Positions 36,283 through 46,958 of a stretch of DNA of 64,000 bases are shown one piece after another. The stretch is from the IMG/VR virus record IMGVR_UViG_3300012147_000001, positions 8,004-72,003 of that record. One strand, written 5' to 3'. The stretch is from a virus. A program made the position numbers and the translations under genes. The notes under the pieces are model-generated. The model saw only the letters and a list, made by a program, of their open reading frames with translations. It was not told where the DNA came from and did not search any database. Positions within the stretch are counted from its first letter, which is position 1. Each line of letters starts with the position of its first letter.

Positions 36283-36350
36283 AACGAGTAAGCTACGAGT
36301 ACAAAGGGTTTGCGTAGCAATACCCTGCCAGTACGGAGTAGCGTAACGAG

Positions 36351-36379
36351 TTGACAAAATACGATTAAACCTATATAAA
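36351..36379 (+). promoter_or_regulatory. Sigma70-type late promoter
   Basis: TTGACA-17 bp-TATAAA. Confidence 0.75.
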
Positions 36380-36409
36380 ACCTAAATTGAATTAATATAG
36401 AGCACTGCA

Positions 36410-37111
36410 ATGAAATTAGGTATAGAAACAGTTAAAGCAGCGTGTCCACGCACATTAAAAAACAATGTTACACAAGACCTTGTAGACAAAATTAATAACA
36501 TACATACCGACCCTTTAATACGTGAATCAATGCAAGAAAAAGCATTAGGATTTATTAACATATTAACTGAAGGAAGGTTTCGTATTGATGACTATTTGAA
36601 TGCAGTAAAGTATGTTACATATAAAATATCAGATAGTACTAACCAAGAAGCTTACGCAAAAGCATTTCCACATCGCTATCAAAAATTTCTTACAGATGGT
36701 TTAGATGCTAAAGCTATATCAGCCTATGTTGCTATGTACGCGAAGGGTAAGCTGGTTACTATGCTTCTTGAACGTGCAATGATTCCAAGTTACTTGGTTA
36801 ATGCTGATAATTTCCAAAAAGCCATCAACACACAAGTTGAAATAATGCTTACTGCAAAAAGTGAGATGGTACGTATGCAAGCTGCTAACTCAGTAATGAC
36901 GCATACTAAAGCACCTGAAACAGCTAAGATTGACCTTAAAATAACAGACGAAACACAAAGTTCAGTTCTTGATGAATTACGTAAAGCAACACAAGAGCTA
37001 TCACGTAACCAACGTTTAGCAATTGAATCTGGTCAAATGACAGCTAAAGATATTGCACATTCAAGAGTAATAAAAGGTGAAGCTGTAGAGGTTGTGGATG
37101 ATAGAAACTAG
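36410..37111 (+). CDS. N4 gp69-like protein (putative terminase small subunit)
   Basis: GRF.I.DYLNAVKYV.YK, SE.VR..AANS..TH.K.PE; precedes terminase. Confidence 0.8.
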   Translation: MKLGIETVKAACPRTLKNNVTQDLVDKINNIHTDPLIRESMQEKALGFINILTEGRFRIDDYLNAVKYVTYKISDSTNQEAYAKAFPHRYQKFLTDGLDAKAISAYVAMYAKGKLVTMLLERAMIPSYLVNADNFQKAINTQVEIMLTAKSEMVRMQAANSVMTHTKAPETAKIDLKITDETQSSVLDELRKATQELSRNQRLAIESGQMTAKDIAHSRVIKGEAVEVVDDRN

Positions 37112-38705
37112 TGACTACGCTCCAGTAAAGAAAAAAACAGTAGAAGATTATCTTAATGCAATTAATTATTCAGATATTGAAAATTATATTCCATCAGCGT
37201 TTGCATTAGAGTTTGTTAACTTTATTAAGTTAGTAAATGAAGGAAGCACAGAAAACCTTACTCCTGTTGTACACTATCGAATGATAGATAACTTTATTGA
37301 TGATAACGATTTAGACACAATTAATATGTGTCATCGTGGTATAGCAAAGTCTACTCTTAAAGAATACCTCATATTGTACATTGGTGTTTATGGTGGCTTA
37401 CCTGAGTTTGGTAGAATACCTTACGGATTGTACGTATCAGATAGTATAGACAACGGTGTTAAGAAAATGCGTAAAGCATTAGAGTTTAGATGGAATAACT
37501 CTAAATTTTTACAAGATTACATTCCTACTATTAAATTTACTGACATACGTTGGGAATTTATTAACATTGAGAATGTTTCTAGCGTGTTTTCAGCGCATGG
37601 AGCTAAGACTGGTGTTCGTGGTACTCGTGAAAACAACTCGCGTCCTGTGTTAGCTTTACTGGATGATTTAATAGATGATGCTGATGCGCGTTCACCTACT
37701 GTAATATCTCAGGTAGAAGATACTGTATACAAAGCAATTGATTATGCACTTCACCCAACTAAAAGAAAAATTGTATGGTCAGGTACACCATTTAACGCTA
37801 AAGACCCTCTTTACAAAGCTGTAGAATCAGGTGCTTGGAATGTAAATATTTATCCTGTTTGTGAGAAGTTTCCATGTACTAAAGATGAATTTAGAGGTTC
37901 ATGGGAAGACCGTTTCCCTTATGAATTTGTGCTTAAGATGTACACTAAAGCTAAATTATCTGGCAAAGTAGCAGACTTTAATCAAGAAATGATGTTAAGA
38001 ATTATGTCAGCAGAAGATAGATTAATCGAACCACATGAAATGAAATGGTACAACAGAGATAAATTATTATCCCTTAAACCATTATTTAATTTTTACATTA
38101 CTACCGATTTTGCCACTAGCGAAAAAACAGGAGCGGATTTTAGTGTTATATCTGTATGGGCTTTAAATTCTAACGGTGATTGGTATTGGGTTGATGGTAT
38201 TTGTGAAAAACAACGTATGGATAAAAACATTGAAGACTTGTTTAGATTAGTACAAGAGTATAATCCAGAGTCTGTAGGAATAGAGATTAGTGGACAACAA
38301 GGTGGATTTATACCTTGGATTCAAGAGCAAATGATGGTTAAAAACTGTTTCTTTAATTTAGCATCTGATAAAGCTACCAATCAAGCAGGATTACGCCCCA
38401 CAACAAATAAGTTTCAAAGATTTAATGTTGTTTTACCTTGGTTCAAACAAAACAAAATGCACTTTCCTCAAGAAATGAGAGAAGGTAAATGTATGCGTGA
38501 ATGTGAAGACGAATTAATGTTAACAACAGTAGATGGTTTTAAATCTAAAAATGATGATTTTATAGATACAATAAGCCAACTAGCTCAGTTAAAAACTTAT
38601 AGACCTTCAAAAAATAATCAAGGAGTTGGTGCAGCAGATGATAATGGTTTATGGGAAGATGATACAGAATATGAATCAATATCCATAAGTTCTTATATTG
38701 AATAA
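37098..38705 (+). CDS. terL: Terminase large subunit (N4 gp68-like)
   Basis: HRGIAKST, LLDDL, GTP, TTDFATSEK..ADFS, DDFIDTIS. Confidence 0.95.
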   Translation: MIETSDYAPVKKKTVEDYLNAINYSDIENYIPSAFALEFVNFIKLVNEGSTENLTPVVHYRMIDNFIDDNDLDTINMCHRGIAKSTLKEYLILYIGVYGGLPEFGRIPYGLYVSDSIDNGVKKMRKALEFRWNNSKFLQDYIPTIKFTDIRWEFINIENVSSVFSAHGAKTGVRGTRENNSRPVLALLDDLIDDADARSPTVISQVEDTVYKAIDYALHPTKRKIVWSGTPFNAKDPLYKAVESGAWNVNIYPVCEKFPCTKDEFRGSWEDRFPYEFVLKMYTKAKLSGKVADFNQEMMLRIMSAEDRLIEPHEMKWYNRDKLLSLKPLFNFYITTDFATSEKTGADFSVISVWALNSNGDWYWVDGICEKQRMDKNIEDLFRLVQEYNPESVGIEISGQQGGFIPWIQEQMMVKNCFFNLASDKATNQAGLRPTTNKFQRFNVVLPWFKQNKMHFPQEMREGKCMRECEDELMLTTVDGFKSKNDDFIDTISQLAQLKTYRPSKNNQGVGAADDNGLWEDDTEYESISISSYIE

Positions 38706-38755
38706 AATAGAGTAGACGCATATACTGGGTCTTATTACATTTAAGGCTCTTTAAT

Positions 38756-39469
38756 ATGAAACTAACAGAAGTATTCGACCAATTACGATATGGTACTCTT
38801 AAAGGTCAAGCAGTATCTCGTGAAGGTGCTCAAATTGAAGAAGGAGATTACCCTCGTGTAATTGTATGTATTAACTCTGCAATGAACATACTTTATGGAA
38901 GATTTAAATTAAAGTATAGTGAAGTTCTTATTAGGTTAATTGCTAAAAAGTATACATATGAGTTGCATTCTGATTTTGCAGAAGCTAACACAACTTCAAC
39001 ACAATTTACTCGTTGGATTGTTGATAGTGAAGAAATTCCTTTTTTAGATGACATAGTAAGAATACATGGTGTTACTGCTGACGATGGTACTCAATTACCA
39101 ATTAACGATAGCAGTGATTGTATGAGTGCAATGACACCTAGCTATAACTCAATTCAATTACCTCCTGAAATAACTGACGTACTCCAAAGCGTTAGTATTA
39201 CTTACGAAGCAAGTCCTAAAGCTATTCCAGCAAACTCTACAACTGCACCAGAAGTTACTGAAGTACGTATTCCAGATACTATGTTAGAGTGCTTATGTTA
39301 CTATGCAGCAGCTAAATTTATGGAACAATCAACTGCTCAAGACAAAGTTGCAAAAGCTCAAGAATTTTTAGCTAAATATGAGTTGAAAGCTAGTGAGTTA
39401 GAACAGTATGGTATGGTAAATGTTGACTACACTAGTAAACTTAACGTGGGGAATGACGAATGGCCTTAA
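38756..39469 (+). CDS. Head-tail adaptor (N4 gp67-like)
   Basis: MKL.EVF..L.YG.L N-terminus; follows terminase. Confidence 0.78.
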   Translation: MKLTEVFDQLRYGTLKGQAVSREGAQIEEGDYPRVIVCINSAMNILYGRFKLKYSEVLIRLIAKKYTYELHSDFAEANTTSTQFTRWIVDSEEIPFLDDIVRIHGVTADDGTQLPINDSSDCMSAMTPSYNSIQLPPEITDVLQSVSITYEASPKAIPANSTTAPEVTEVRIPDTMLECLCYYAAAKFMEQSTAQDKVAKAQEFLAKYELKASELEQYGMVNVDYTSKLNVGNDEWP

Positions 39470-39843
39470 TTAACAGTGCTTTTAAACGAATAAATAAAGA
39501 ACCCTGCAATGATTCAGTAACTAAACTTAAAAGCTTTGAATTACCTGACCCAAGAGAGTTTGATTTATTTGTTGTTAAAGACGTTCCCCAACAATACTTA
39601 ATTGACCAAGATGATAGTAATAAATACTTAGTATTTAATGTTGCTGGAAACGGTATTTTACGTATACCAGACAACATGTATCGTGGTACTGCACTAATAT
39701 TTACTAATATTGGGGTAGGTGGTATAGAAATAGTATTTGATGGTTTAGAAACAGCTAGAGGAACGCTTCTTATACAAGATGTTGATGGTTTTATGACATT
39801 AGTAAAAATTACTGAAACCATTTGGCAATGTAGTGAGCGATAA
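39460..39843 (+). CDS. Hypothetical virion-associated protein
   Basis: Overlapping ORF in the late operon. Confidence 0.6.
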   Translation: MALINSAFKRINKEPCNDSVTKLKSFELPDPREFDLFVVKDVPQQYLIDQDDSNKYLVFNVAGNGILRIPDNMYRGTALIFTNIGVGGIEIVFDGLETARGTLLIQDVDGFMTLVKITETIWQCSER

Positions 39844-39845
39844 TA

Positions 39846-40961
39846 ATGCACAGTGTACTGTTTCACATATCACCACCTACTAGACTTTATGAGTTAGTTG
39901 ATTTAAGGGTTACTGATATTTTATCAATATGTAATCCACTAGTACAACTAGACATTAGCTATAGTTTAATAGCATTAACATCTAAAACACCTACAGAAGA
40001 CGATGTTAGCTTTTTTTGGGAACAAATAAGTGGTACTCCTGTATTAGAGTTAGTTAGTGAAACTTCACCAAGACCTGCTGTATTACTAAGTTCTGATATA
40101 TTAGATGATGTCGTGTTTAAGCTTTATATTGATAAAGACACTGAATATGAGCAATCAATAACTACAACAATATTTAGAACACCCACAACTACAGCAACAC
40201 CTTTACCACTAAATAATGAATTTACTTTATTACCTTATGAGAGTAAAAGCTTACAAGTTAATGCTCCTAAGTATGTTGGATTACCTTTATTAAATGATTT
40301 AAGAAAAATAAATATTAATGTAGTACCAGAATTAGGTAACTTAAAAACAACTCAAATTACTGATGCACAAAACATTGAAGAATTTACAGTAATAATAAAT
40401 AATCCATTAAATTTAAAAACTAATAAACATAAAGTTAATAAAATAGAAGCACGTAATCCACTTAACGGTCAATTATTAGCTGCTAGTAATTTTAAAGAAA
40501 ATTTAATTAATATTCCAAAAAATACTGTAAATTTTTATCTTTCATTTGAAGTTATTTTAAATTTTTATAATGATTTAATACCTAATAAAACAATATTTTT
40601 TAATGATAATCAGGTAAGAAATTCGTACTTTAGTCAATACACACAAGAATTAAAATACAAAACAATATATGTTACTGAATCTATGTTTATAACTAATAAA
40701 CAAGATAAAAATAATATAAATAGTACAAATGAACTTTTAACTTCGTTACCACAAACACTTTTAAATATTACAAATTTAAGAACAATACAGTTAAATATTC
40801 CAGCAATAAATAATGTTAATATTGTTAAACAAGTATTTAAACCAATATTTTTATTAGTACTTACAGGAAACTTAAAAACAATTAAATTAACTAACCAAAC
40901 AAATAATTTACCTATAAGCTTAAATATTACAAGACTTTCAGGAATCACAATCGGTGGATAA
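39846..40961 (+). CDS. Hypothetical tail-associated protein (Ig/PKD-like N-terminus, Asn-rich C-terminus)
   Basis: WEQISGTPV motif. Confidence 0.55.
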   Translation: MHSVLFHISPPTRLYELVDLRVTDILSICNPLVQLDISYSLIALTSKTPTEDDVSFFWEQISGTPVLELVSETSPRPAVLLSSDILDDVVFKLYIDKDTEYEQSITTTIFRTPTTTATPLPLNNEFTLLPYESKSLQVNAPKYVGLPLLNDLRKININVVPELGNLKTTQITDAQNIEEFTVIINNPLNLKTNKHKVNKIEARNPLNGQLLAASNFKENLINIPKNTVNFYLSFEVILNFYNDLIPNKTIFFNDNQVRNSYFSQYTQELKYKTIYVTESMFITNKQDKNNINSTNELLTSLPQTLLNITNLRTIQLNIPAINNVNIVKQVFKPIFLLVLTGNLKTIKLTNQTNNLPISLNITRLSGITIGG

Positions 40962-40962
40962 A

Positions 40963-43900
40963 ATGAAAAAAAACTTTTATACAATTGAAAAATTCAAACA
41001 AACTTTTGATTCTGAAGGTAAAGAAATATTAACTAAAATAAATGCAAACAGTACAGAAGAAAATATTGAAGTAAATAATGAAATTAATGAATTTATTATG
41101 CACCATTTTTATTCATCTTATTCAGTACTAGAACTTATTTCAAATACTGATATTCTTAAAGGAAGAATTGCAGTAACTGCTTTTAAATTAGGTGCTCAAG
41201 GACATAGAAGAAACAGAACTCTTAGTATGTGGAATTATAATCCAACAAGTAATTTTGACACTGCCCAATCTATGGTAGTTGGTGGATTAATTAATAATAG
41301 TGAAAATGCAGAAGAATCTGGAACAGATGTAGTAGTACAAACTTTTAAAAACGTATTTTCACCTCCAATCAGTGAAGCTAGAACAATTAATAGTTTAATT
41401 CTTTCTAAATTTATTTTTACTAATAGCTCAGATAATACTGTTTTTAGTACAGCTATTTTAGATACACCTTGTATTCAAGAAACAGATGAAGTTCTAATAA
41501 TAACGTATCGTTATGTTTATGATAAATTGGCTATGGCTCAAACTAATCAATGGTATGACAAAAACCCAGATTATTGTTTAAAAATGGCTGATGATATTGG
41601 AAGACTTTTATTAATTCCAGACGGAAATAAACATTGTGTATATGGAAAAGTTAGTTCAGTAATTTTTAATAGTATTAGTGCTGTTAAAGAAAATAATCAT
41701 ATTTTAGCTACTACATCTTTAGCTAATACTTCTTACGATATTCTAACAGACACAAAATTAAATTATAGAGGAGAGTTTTGCGAAGTTATTAGTTTTAATA
41801 TTGCAATTAATAGTTTTGTTGGAAAAGTATTACATTCAAGTATATTAAATTCAATTGTAAATTTTGATAGAAGTATAAACACATTTAGTTTTGATAGTTT
41901 TCATTTTCCAACATCTGAAATGTTATTTAGAAGACCTTTAGATACTGTTGTTCAAAACAGTTTTAATAAATCTTTAAACTTAACTGATGATTTTTCTGCA
42001 TCAGTAACTCCCTTTTTTGATGTAAACAACCAAGCTAGTTCTATTGGATTAATTCAATTGTCAGAAGACTTTACCAGTGGTGATACAAGTTACATTAAAA
42101 AACCTGCATTAGCTGAATTAATTAGAGTGCATGTAACTTCTGCGGGTTCAGCATCAACTGCTGAATATCGAGTATCAAAAAGATTAACAGCAGGTTATCA
42201 AAGGTCTTCAAATTGGGATGGAGACAAAAGTAGTATAGTTTTAACAGGAAATTATAATGCTGATTTTGGTATGAGTGAAGGAGTTACTCACTTAGATTTT
42301 AGTAATAAAACAGATGGTTTTATTCACACATTGTCTCAAATGAGATTGGGATTAATTTTTGGTTTAAGTATTGGAGAAACTATGACTTTTTTAAGGTCAC
42401 TATCTCTAAGACATGATGGAATACATATTCACTCACTTAATATGAAAGATAACAGATTTCCTATTAAAATAGACTCAACAACTTTACCTACTTTTTTAGC
42501 AACTGATTTAAGAGGTGTTTGTGCAGCAGAAGATGGAACTATATTTGCTGCATGTAATAACACTGGTTTATGGAAATTAACTAGAAATCTTGGAGACATG
42601 GCTGCTGATATGATAGCTACCCGCATAACTAATACAGGAGCTACTGACGATACTTCGTGTCGTGCAGTTAACTTTGGTCGTTATGGAAATAGATTTAATT
42701 CTGATGCTCGTATGGTAGCGTTATTTGGAAATGAGTTATGTGTTTCTGAGAATGGTGGAAGTAGTTGGACAATGTATAACGCTAGTTCAACACCAGCTTT
42801 TAATCCTTCATTTGGTATATATAATGAAATAACAGGAATTGTTATTCATCCACAACAACTTGAAGTAATTATAACAGGAAGACAAAGCACCACTTTAAAT
42901 GTATTAAATGTTCGTGTAGTTACTACAAGTATAAGTTTAAATACGCCACATAGAAATTTTTTATGGAACGGTACAACAGGAACAATTACAACTAAAAATG
43001 AAACATTTTTAAGTGACCCAATTGCTGAAATGTATGGTAGTGGGAATAATATATTTATCCCATTAAGTAATGGAACAAATGAAAAATGGTGTGAACGTTT
43101 AATACAAGGTACTAACGAACAGTTAAAAGTATTTAATAATTTTAGTTCTTTTATTAATCTTGATGGTTCTGGTTTTAAGAAAACATGTGTTGCTTTTGTT
43201 TATGACGAAATAGCAGATGAATCAATGATGTTTTATGGTGATTCGGATAATTTTATTTATGATTTAAGTTTTAATTCTGTTAATTATTGGAAAACAAATA
43301 CAACAAGTGCTAATACCCGTTTTATGAGTTTTTCTCCTAATGATAATGCTGCAATATGTTTTATATATAGGGGAATATTAATAGCTTCAGGGTCAATGAA
43401 TAGTGTTAGAGGTACAAATTTAGGTGATAACACTACAACCAATGACGAAATATTAGAATCATATATGTGTTTAATTACCGCATCTTTTGGTAACAATGAT
43501 TATTATAAAAATAACAGATTAAATTATTGGTATAATTATGGTTGGGATGGTAATAATTGGGTATTAGATGATATTACCAGTAAAACTGCTTCATCAAATA
43601 CAACAGAACTTATAGAAGGTTTAAGTATTACATTTGAAGATGACAGTGCCGCAGCAGGTAGTGTATTAAATTTTGTAGAAAATGATGCGTCAGATACTCA
43701 TGTATTTGATGGAATTGTAAAAGACGATTTTACTAACTTTAATTATTCACAAATAGCTTTTCATGCTCCTACTGTTGTAGGAAACACTTTTACGCCTTCA
43801 ATTATTCCTGCAAATGGCGCAGGTAACAGAAAAGTACCAATATCAATTAATTTTTCTAAGTTAAATAGTAGAGGTGTAGTAAACACTGAAGACCAATATA

Positions 43901-44844
43901 CTACATTTAGTTATGATTATATTTTTTCTGGTTTAAATGGATTTAGAAGGTCTTTTGCTCCTGTGGGTACTGGCTTTTCAAGAATAGGTGAAATATTACC
44001 TAAAAATGTAGATTTTTTGTATGAATTTAAATTAGGGATAGTGTTAAACGAAGGGCCGAATTTTAATAATACAAATTTTACAGATGAAGAAACTATACCT
44101 ATGTTATGTTTAACACAAAAAGGTAATACAACAGATTCAATAATTTACGCATCAGAATCAGACGTAGGTTTACCTTTTTTTGGTATACGCCCTAATTTTA
44201 AATTTGATGACCCAGATGCTATTTTAATTCATGTTTATTACAATGGTTTAACTTCAGTAAGTCAAATGGAAACAATTGTAATAGAAAATTATAACCCTAA
44301 AAATGATGTTTTTGGTTTTAGAAATTCTGGAGGTATATTTACTTTTGAAAGAAATGGTGTAGTTATAGATACTCCGAACAATCGTATTGCTAATAATGTT
44401 ACATCTTTAACAAATTTAAACGTTTCTTTAATTCATTATGCAACAGGATTTATTAGCGGGTTTTTAGGTAATTATGCTGGGAATAATATAGGTAATTCAA
44501 TAGAATTAAGAGATATGTTTATTACTTATAATGACCAAAAATTAATAAGCAAAATAGGTACACCGTTTCAAGCAGAAAATGGGGGTAATCCTGAAATACC
44601 TGCTACGGGTAGTTTTGCTAGTGATTTTGGTAAAGTTTTAGGTATTGAATATACCCTTAACGCATCTAAAATAATGATAGATGGTGTAGAAGCTGTTATT
44701 ATTAAAGACTACCTAACAACAGTACCATTACAAGGTCAAATATTACTTTGTGAAGGTACTGGTGAAATAACGTTTAGTCCCGATGATGCGGGTAAAACAA
44801 TTACAGGTGATTGGCGTTATATCCCTAGATTAAACCAAAGATAA
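40963..44844 (+). CDS. Large tail appendage / receptor-binding protein
   Basis: About 1290 aa, beta-rich, Asp-box-like SENGGSSW; N4 gp65/66 position. Confidence 0.6.
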   Translation: MKKNFYTIEKFKQTFDSEGKEILTKINANSTEENIEVNNEINEFIMHHFYSSYSVLELISNTDILKGRIAVTAFKLGAQGHRRNRTLSMWNYNPTSNFDTAQSMVVGGLINNSENAEESGTDVVVQTFKNVFSPPISEARTINSLILSKFIFTNSSDNTVFSTAILDTPCIQETDEVLIITYRYVYDKLAMAQTNQWYDKNPDYCLKMADDIGRLLLIPDGNKHCVYGKVSSVIFNSISAVKENNHILATTSLANTSYDILTDTKLNYRGEFCEVISFNIAINSFVGKVLHSSILNSIVNFDRSINTFSFDSFHFPTSEMLFRRPLDTVVQNSFNKSLNLTDDFSASVTPFFDVNNQASSIGLIQLSEDFTSGDTSYIKKPALAELIRVHVTSAGSASTAEYRVSKRLTAGYQRSSNWDGDKSSIVLTGNYNADFGMSEGVTHLDFSNKTDGFIHTLSQMRLGLIFGLSIGETMTFLRSLSLRHDGIHIHSLNMKDNRFPIKIDSTTLPTFLATDLRGVCAAEDGTIFAACNNTGLWKLTRNLGDMAADMIATRITNTGATDDTSCRAVNFGRYGNRFNSDARMVALFGNELCVSENGGSSWTMYNASSTPAFNPSFGIYNEITGIVIHPQQLEVIITGRQSTTLNVLNVRVVTTSISLNTPHRNFLWNGTTGTITTKNETFLSDPIAEMYGSGNNIFIPLSNGTNEKWCERLIQGTNEQLKVFNNFSSFINLDGSGFKKTCVAFVYDEIADESMMFYGDSDNFIYDLSFNSVNYWKTNTTSANTRFMSFSPNDNAAICFIYRGILIASGSMNSVRGTNLGDNTTTNDEILESYMCLITASFGNNDYYKNNRLNYWYNYGWDGNNWVLDDITSKTASSNTTELIEGLSITFEDDSAAAGSVLNFVENDASDTHVFDGIVKDDFTNFNYSQIAFHAPTVVGNTFTPSIIPANGAGNRKVPISINFSKLNSRGVVNTEDQYTTFSYDYIFSGLNGFRRSFAPVGTGFSRIGEILPKNVDFLYEFKLGIVLNEGPNFNNTNFTDEETIPMLCLTQKGNTTDSIIYASESDVGLPFFGIRPNFKFDDPDAILIHVYYNGLTSVSQMETIVIENYNPKNDVFGFRNSGGIFTFERNGVVIDTPNNRIANNVTSLTNLNVSLIHYATGFISGFLGNYAGNNIGNSIELRDMFITYNDQKLISKIGTPFQAENGGNPEIPATGSFASDFGKVLGIEYTLNASKIMIDGVEAVIIKDYLTTVPLQGQILLCEGTGEITFSPDDAGKTITGDWRYIPRLNQR

Positions 44845-44855
44845 GGTAAATTAAT

Positions 44856-45512
44856 ATGTCACTTAACTTAGCTCCTTGGGTAAAAGAATCCTGTTCTACT
44901 ATTGGAACAGGGAGTTTATTACTTACAGGTAATACAACATCGTTTATTTCTTTTGCTACGGCAATGAGTAATGGTGATAAAGTTTACTATTCTATATTAG
45001 ATACTAATGGAAATAGAGAAGCAGGTATTGGAACTTTTGATGGTGTTAATACCATTACCAGAACTACAGTAACTGCTACTCTAGTTTTAGGCAGCTACGA
45101 TGAAACTAATCCTACTCCTTTACCTTTAAGTGGTAACTCAGTTGTAATATGTTCATTAAACGCAACTGCTTTTGAACAAGTATTTAATAATCTAAATTTT
45201 GATTATGGTGGTATAAGTTCAGGTGAGGTTGTTGCTTCTGGTTTTTATATTTCAGAAACTGAAGCACAATTTTATTTACCATTTACTCATGTTACTCGAC
45301 CTGTAAGTATTACAACAAATGTAGCCAATGGATTTGATATATTTACATTTACTGGTTCAGATGAAGCTAATGTTACTCCTGTTTTTAATGGAGTTTTATC
45401 ATCTAATAAAATAGCAGTACTAGACATTGCTGGACTTACAGGTAAAACAGTAGGTGCATCTATAAGTTTAAGAACTAACAACGCAAATTCAAAAATTACT
45501 GTAAACTTTTAA
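44856..45512 (+). CDS. Tail fibre-like protein
   Basis: VKE...T.GTG.L.L.G....F.SF...E.G.GT N-terminal domain common in phage fibres. Confidence 0.6.
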   Translation: MSLNLAPWVKESCSTIGTGSLLLTGNTTSFISFATAMSNGDKVYYSILDTNGNREAGIGTFDGVNTITRTTVTATLVLGSYDETNPTPLPLSGNSVVICSLNATAFEQVFNNLNFDYGGISSGEVVASGFYISETEAQFYLPFTHVTRPVSITTNVANGFDIFTFTGSDEANVTPVFNGVLSSNKIAVLDIAGLTGKTVGASISLRTNNANSKITVNF

Positions 45513-45577
45513 TATTATAAAATTCAATATCATAGGTATACTTTAAAATTTAATGAATTAAACTACGGTAAATAAAA

Positions 45578-45985
45578 ATGTTTAATGGAATGCAAATGCT
45601 TACTACGGAAATATTAGGAATGCTATTTGGAGCTGGTGTAGCAGGTGCATGGTTCTGGTACGACAAAAAGAAAACTGATAAAGAAATTGAAGACCTTAAA
45701 ATTAAAAATGAAAAAGGAGTAGAAAAGTTACAAACAGAGTTAAAGGAAATTAATATGACAATAGTTAAACATACTAGTATTCACGTAACTGAAGAAAAAT
45801 CTAGACAGATAGCTGAAGAAATATGTGGTCGTATTGAAAAAGATGTTACTGAAACTAAAACTATGGTGCAATCTATGATGCATCAAGTTACTAATTTAGC
45901 TTCAACTTTACAAACACACACAGCAGTACAGAGAGCACTACAAGAGCAAAATTTAATAAGTAAACCAGAACCAAACAAAAAATAA
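45578..45985 (+). CDS. Membrane-anchored coiled-coil protein in lysis cluster
   Basis: One N-terminal TM helix followed by coiled coil. Confidence 0.55.
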   Translation: MFNGMQMLTTEILGMLFGAGVAGAWFWYDKKKTDKEIEDLKIKNEKGVEKLQTELKEINMTIVKHTSIHVTEEKSRQIAEEICGRIEKDVTETKTMVQSMMHQVTNLASTLQTHTAVQRALQEQNLISKPEPNKK

Positions 45986-45995
45986 TGGAATTATT

Positions 45996-46439
45996 ATGAT
46001 AGGAACAGTACTAGGATTTATAAAAAACTATAAAGGCATTACAAGTGTTTTTGGTATTTTAGTTGCTGTTGGTTCTTTGTATGGTGTATATGTTAGTGTT
46101 AAAGCTGATTGGTATGAACAAGGTGTTACTGATACTGTAAGACAATATGAACTAAAAGTTATTGGTTTACAGCAAGCGTACAATAGTCAGTTAGAAACAG
46201 AATTAAAAAATTATCGTAGTTCAATGAATAAAAATTTTGCTAACGAACTCAATAGAATTAAAACAGAAAAAATTGTTGAAACTGAAATCCAAAAGGTAAT
46301 TGAATATGTTGACCGAGAAATTGAAATACCTGTTGCTTGTGACACTGTCCCTGTTAACTTTAGTCGGTTGCTCAACGAGTCCATCACCACAATCAACAAT
46401 AATGCAATCACTAGCAGCGTCAACAATTCCTCAAATTAA
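45996..46439 (+). CDS. Inner-membrane spanin (Rz-like)
   Basis: N-terminal TM helix, coiled coil, C-terminal Cys, overlapped by a lipoprotein gene. Confidence 0.75.
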   Translation: MIGTVLGFIKNYKGITSVFGILVAVGSLYGVYVSVKADWYEQGVTDTVRQYELKVIGLQQAYNSQLETELKNYRSSMNKNFANELNRIKTEKIVETEIQKVIEYVDREIEIPVACDTVPVNFSRLLNESITTINNNAITSSVNNSSN

Positions 46440-46662
46440 TCAAGAGTTACTTGTAATACCTATTAGTAAAAGTCTATTAACTTCTTGTAGTGTTTTATAC
46501 CCTTTACAACAGTTTAATGAACAAGATTCTCTTAACATCTTATATCAAAACTTTTTATATAATTTAGGTCAAGTTCGTAAATGCTACAGAAAAGACGAAG
46601 CACTAATTAAAGAAGTTATTAACCAAGAAGAGAGCTTCCTTGAAAAAACTAGAAACCCTTAA
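46306..46662 (+). CDS. Outer-membrane spanin lipoprotein (Rz1-like)
   Basis: Signal peptide with LVGC lipobox in an alternative frame overlapping the i-spanin. Confidence 0.75.
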   Translation: MLTEKLKYLLLVTLSLLTLVGCSTSPSPQSTIMQSLAASTIPQINQELLVIPISKSLLTSCSVLYPLQQFNEQDSLNILYQNFLYNLGQVRKCYRKDEALIKEVINQEESFLEKTRNP

Positions 46663-46912
46663 AAGCTTTTTTTCACATACTTCCCTCAGAGAAATAGCAC
46701 ACACTCTTAACTGTTTTAATATAATTGAAATAGCCGTCATTGCTTGGTTTACTTACGAAATTCATCTTATGCTTACGTGGTACAAAACTATCATGACTGT
46801 TGAGCATTTTAACGGTGTAGCTTATTGGGGTGCAGTAGCTGGGATTATTACTGTAATAATAGGTGCATTTAAGTTTATAAACGACACTCTTAAAGAACAT
46901 AGAAAAAGTTAA
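46640..46912 (+). CDS. Putative holin
   Basis: 90 aa, two TM helices, basic C-terminus, adjacent to spanins. Confidence 0.6.
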   Translation: MKKLETLKSFFSHTSLREIAHTLNCFNIIEIAVIAWFTYEIHLMLTWYKTIMTVEHFNGVAYWGAVAGIITVIIGAFKFINDTLKEHRKS

Positions 46913-46958
46913 ACTAATAGCCTATACTGCAACACACAGCATTGTTTAGGAGCATAAA

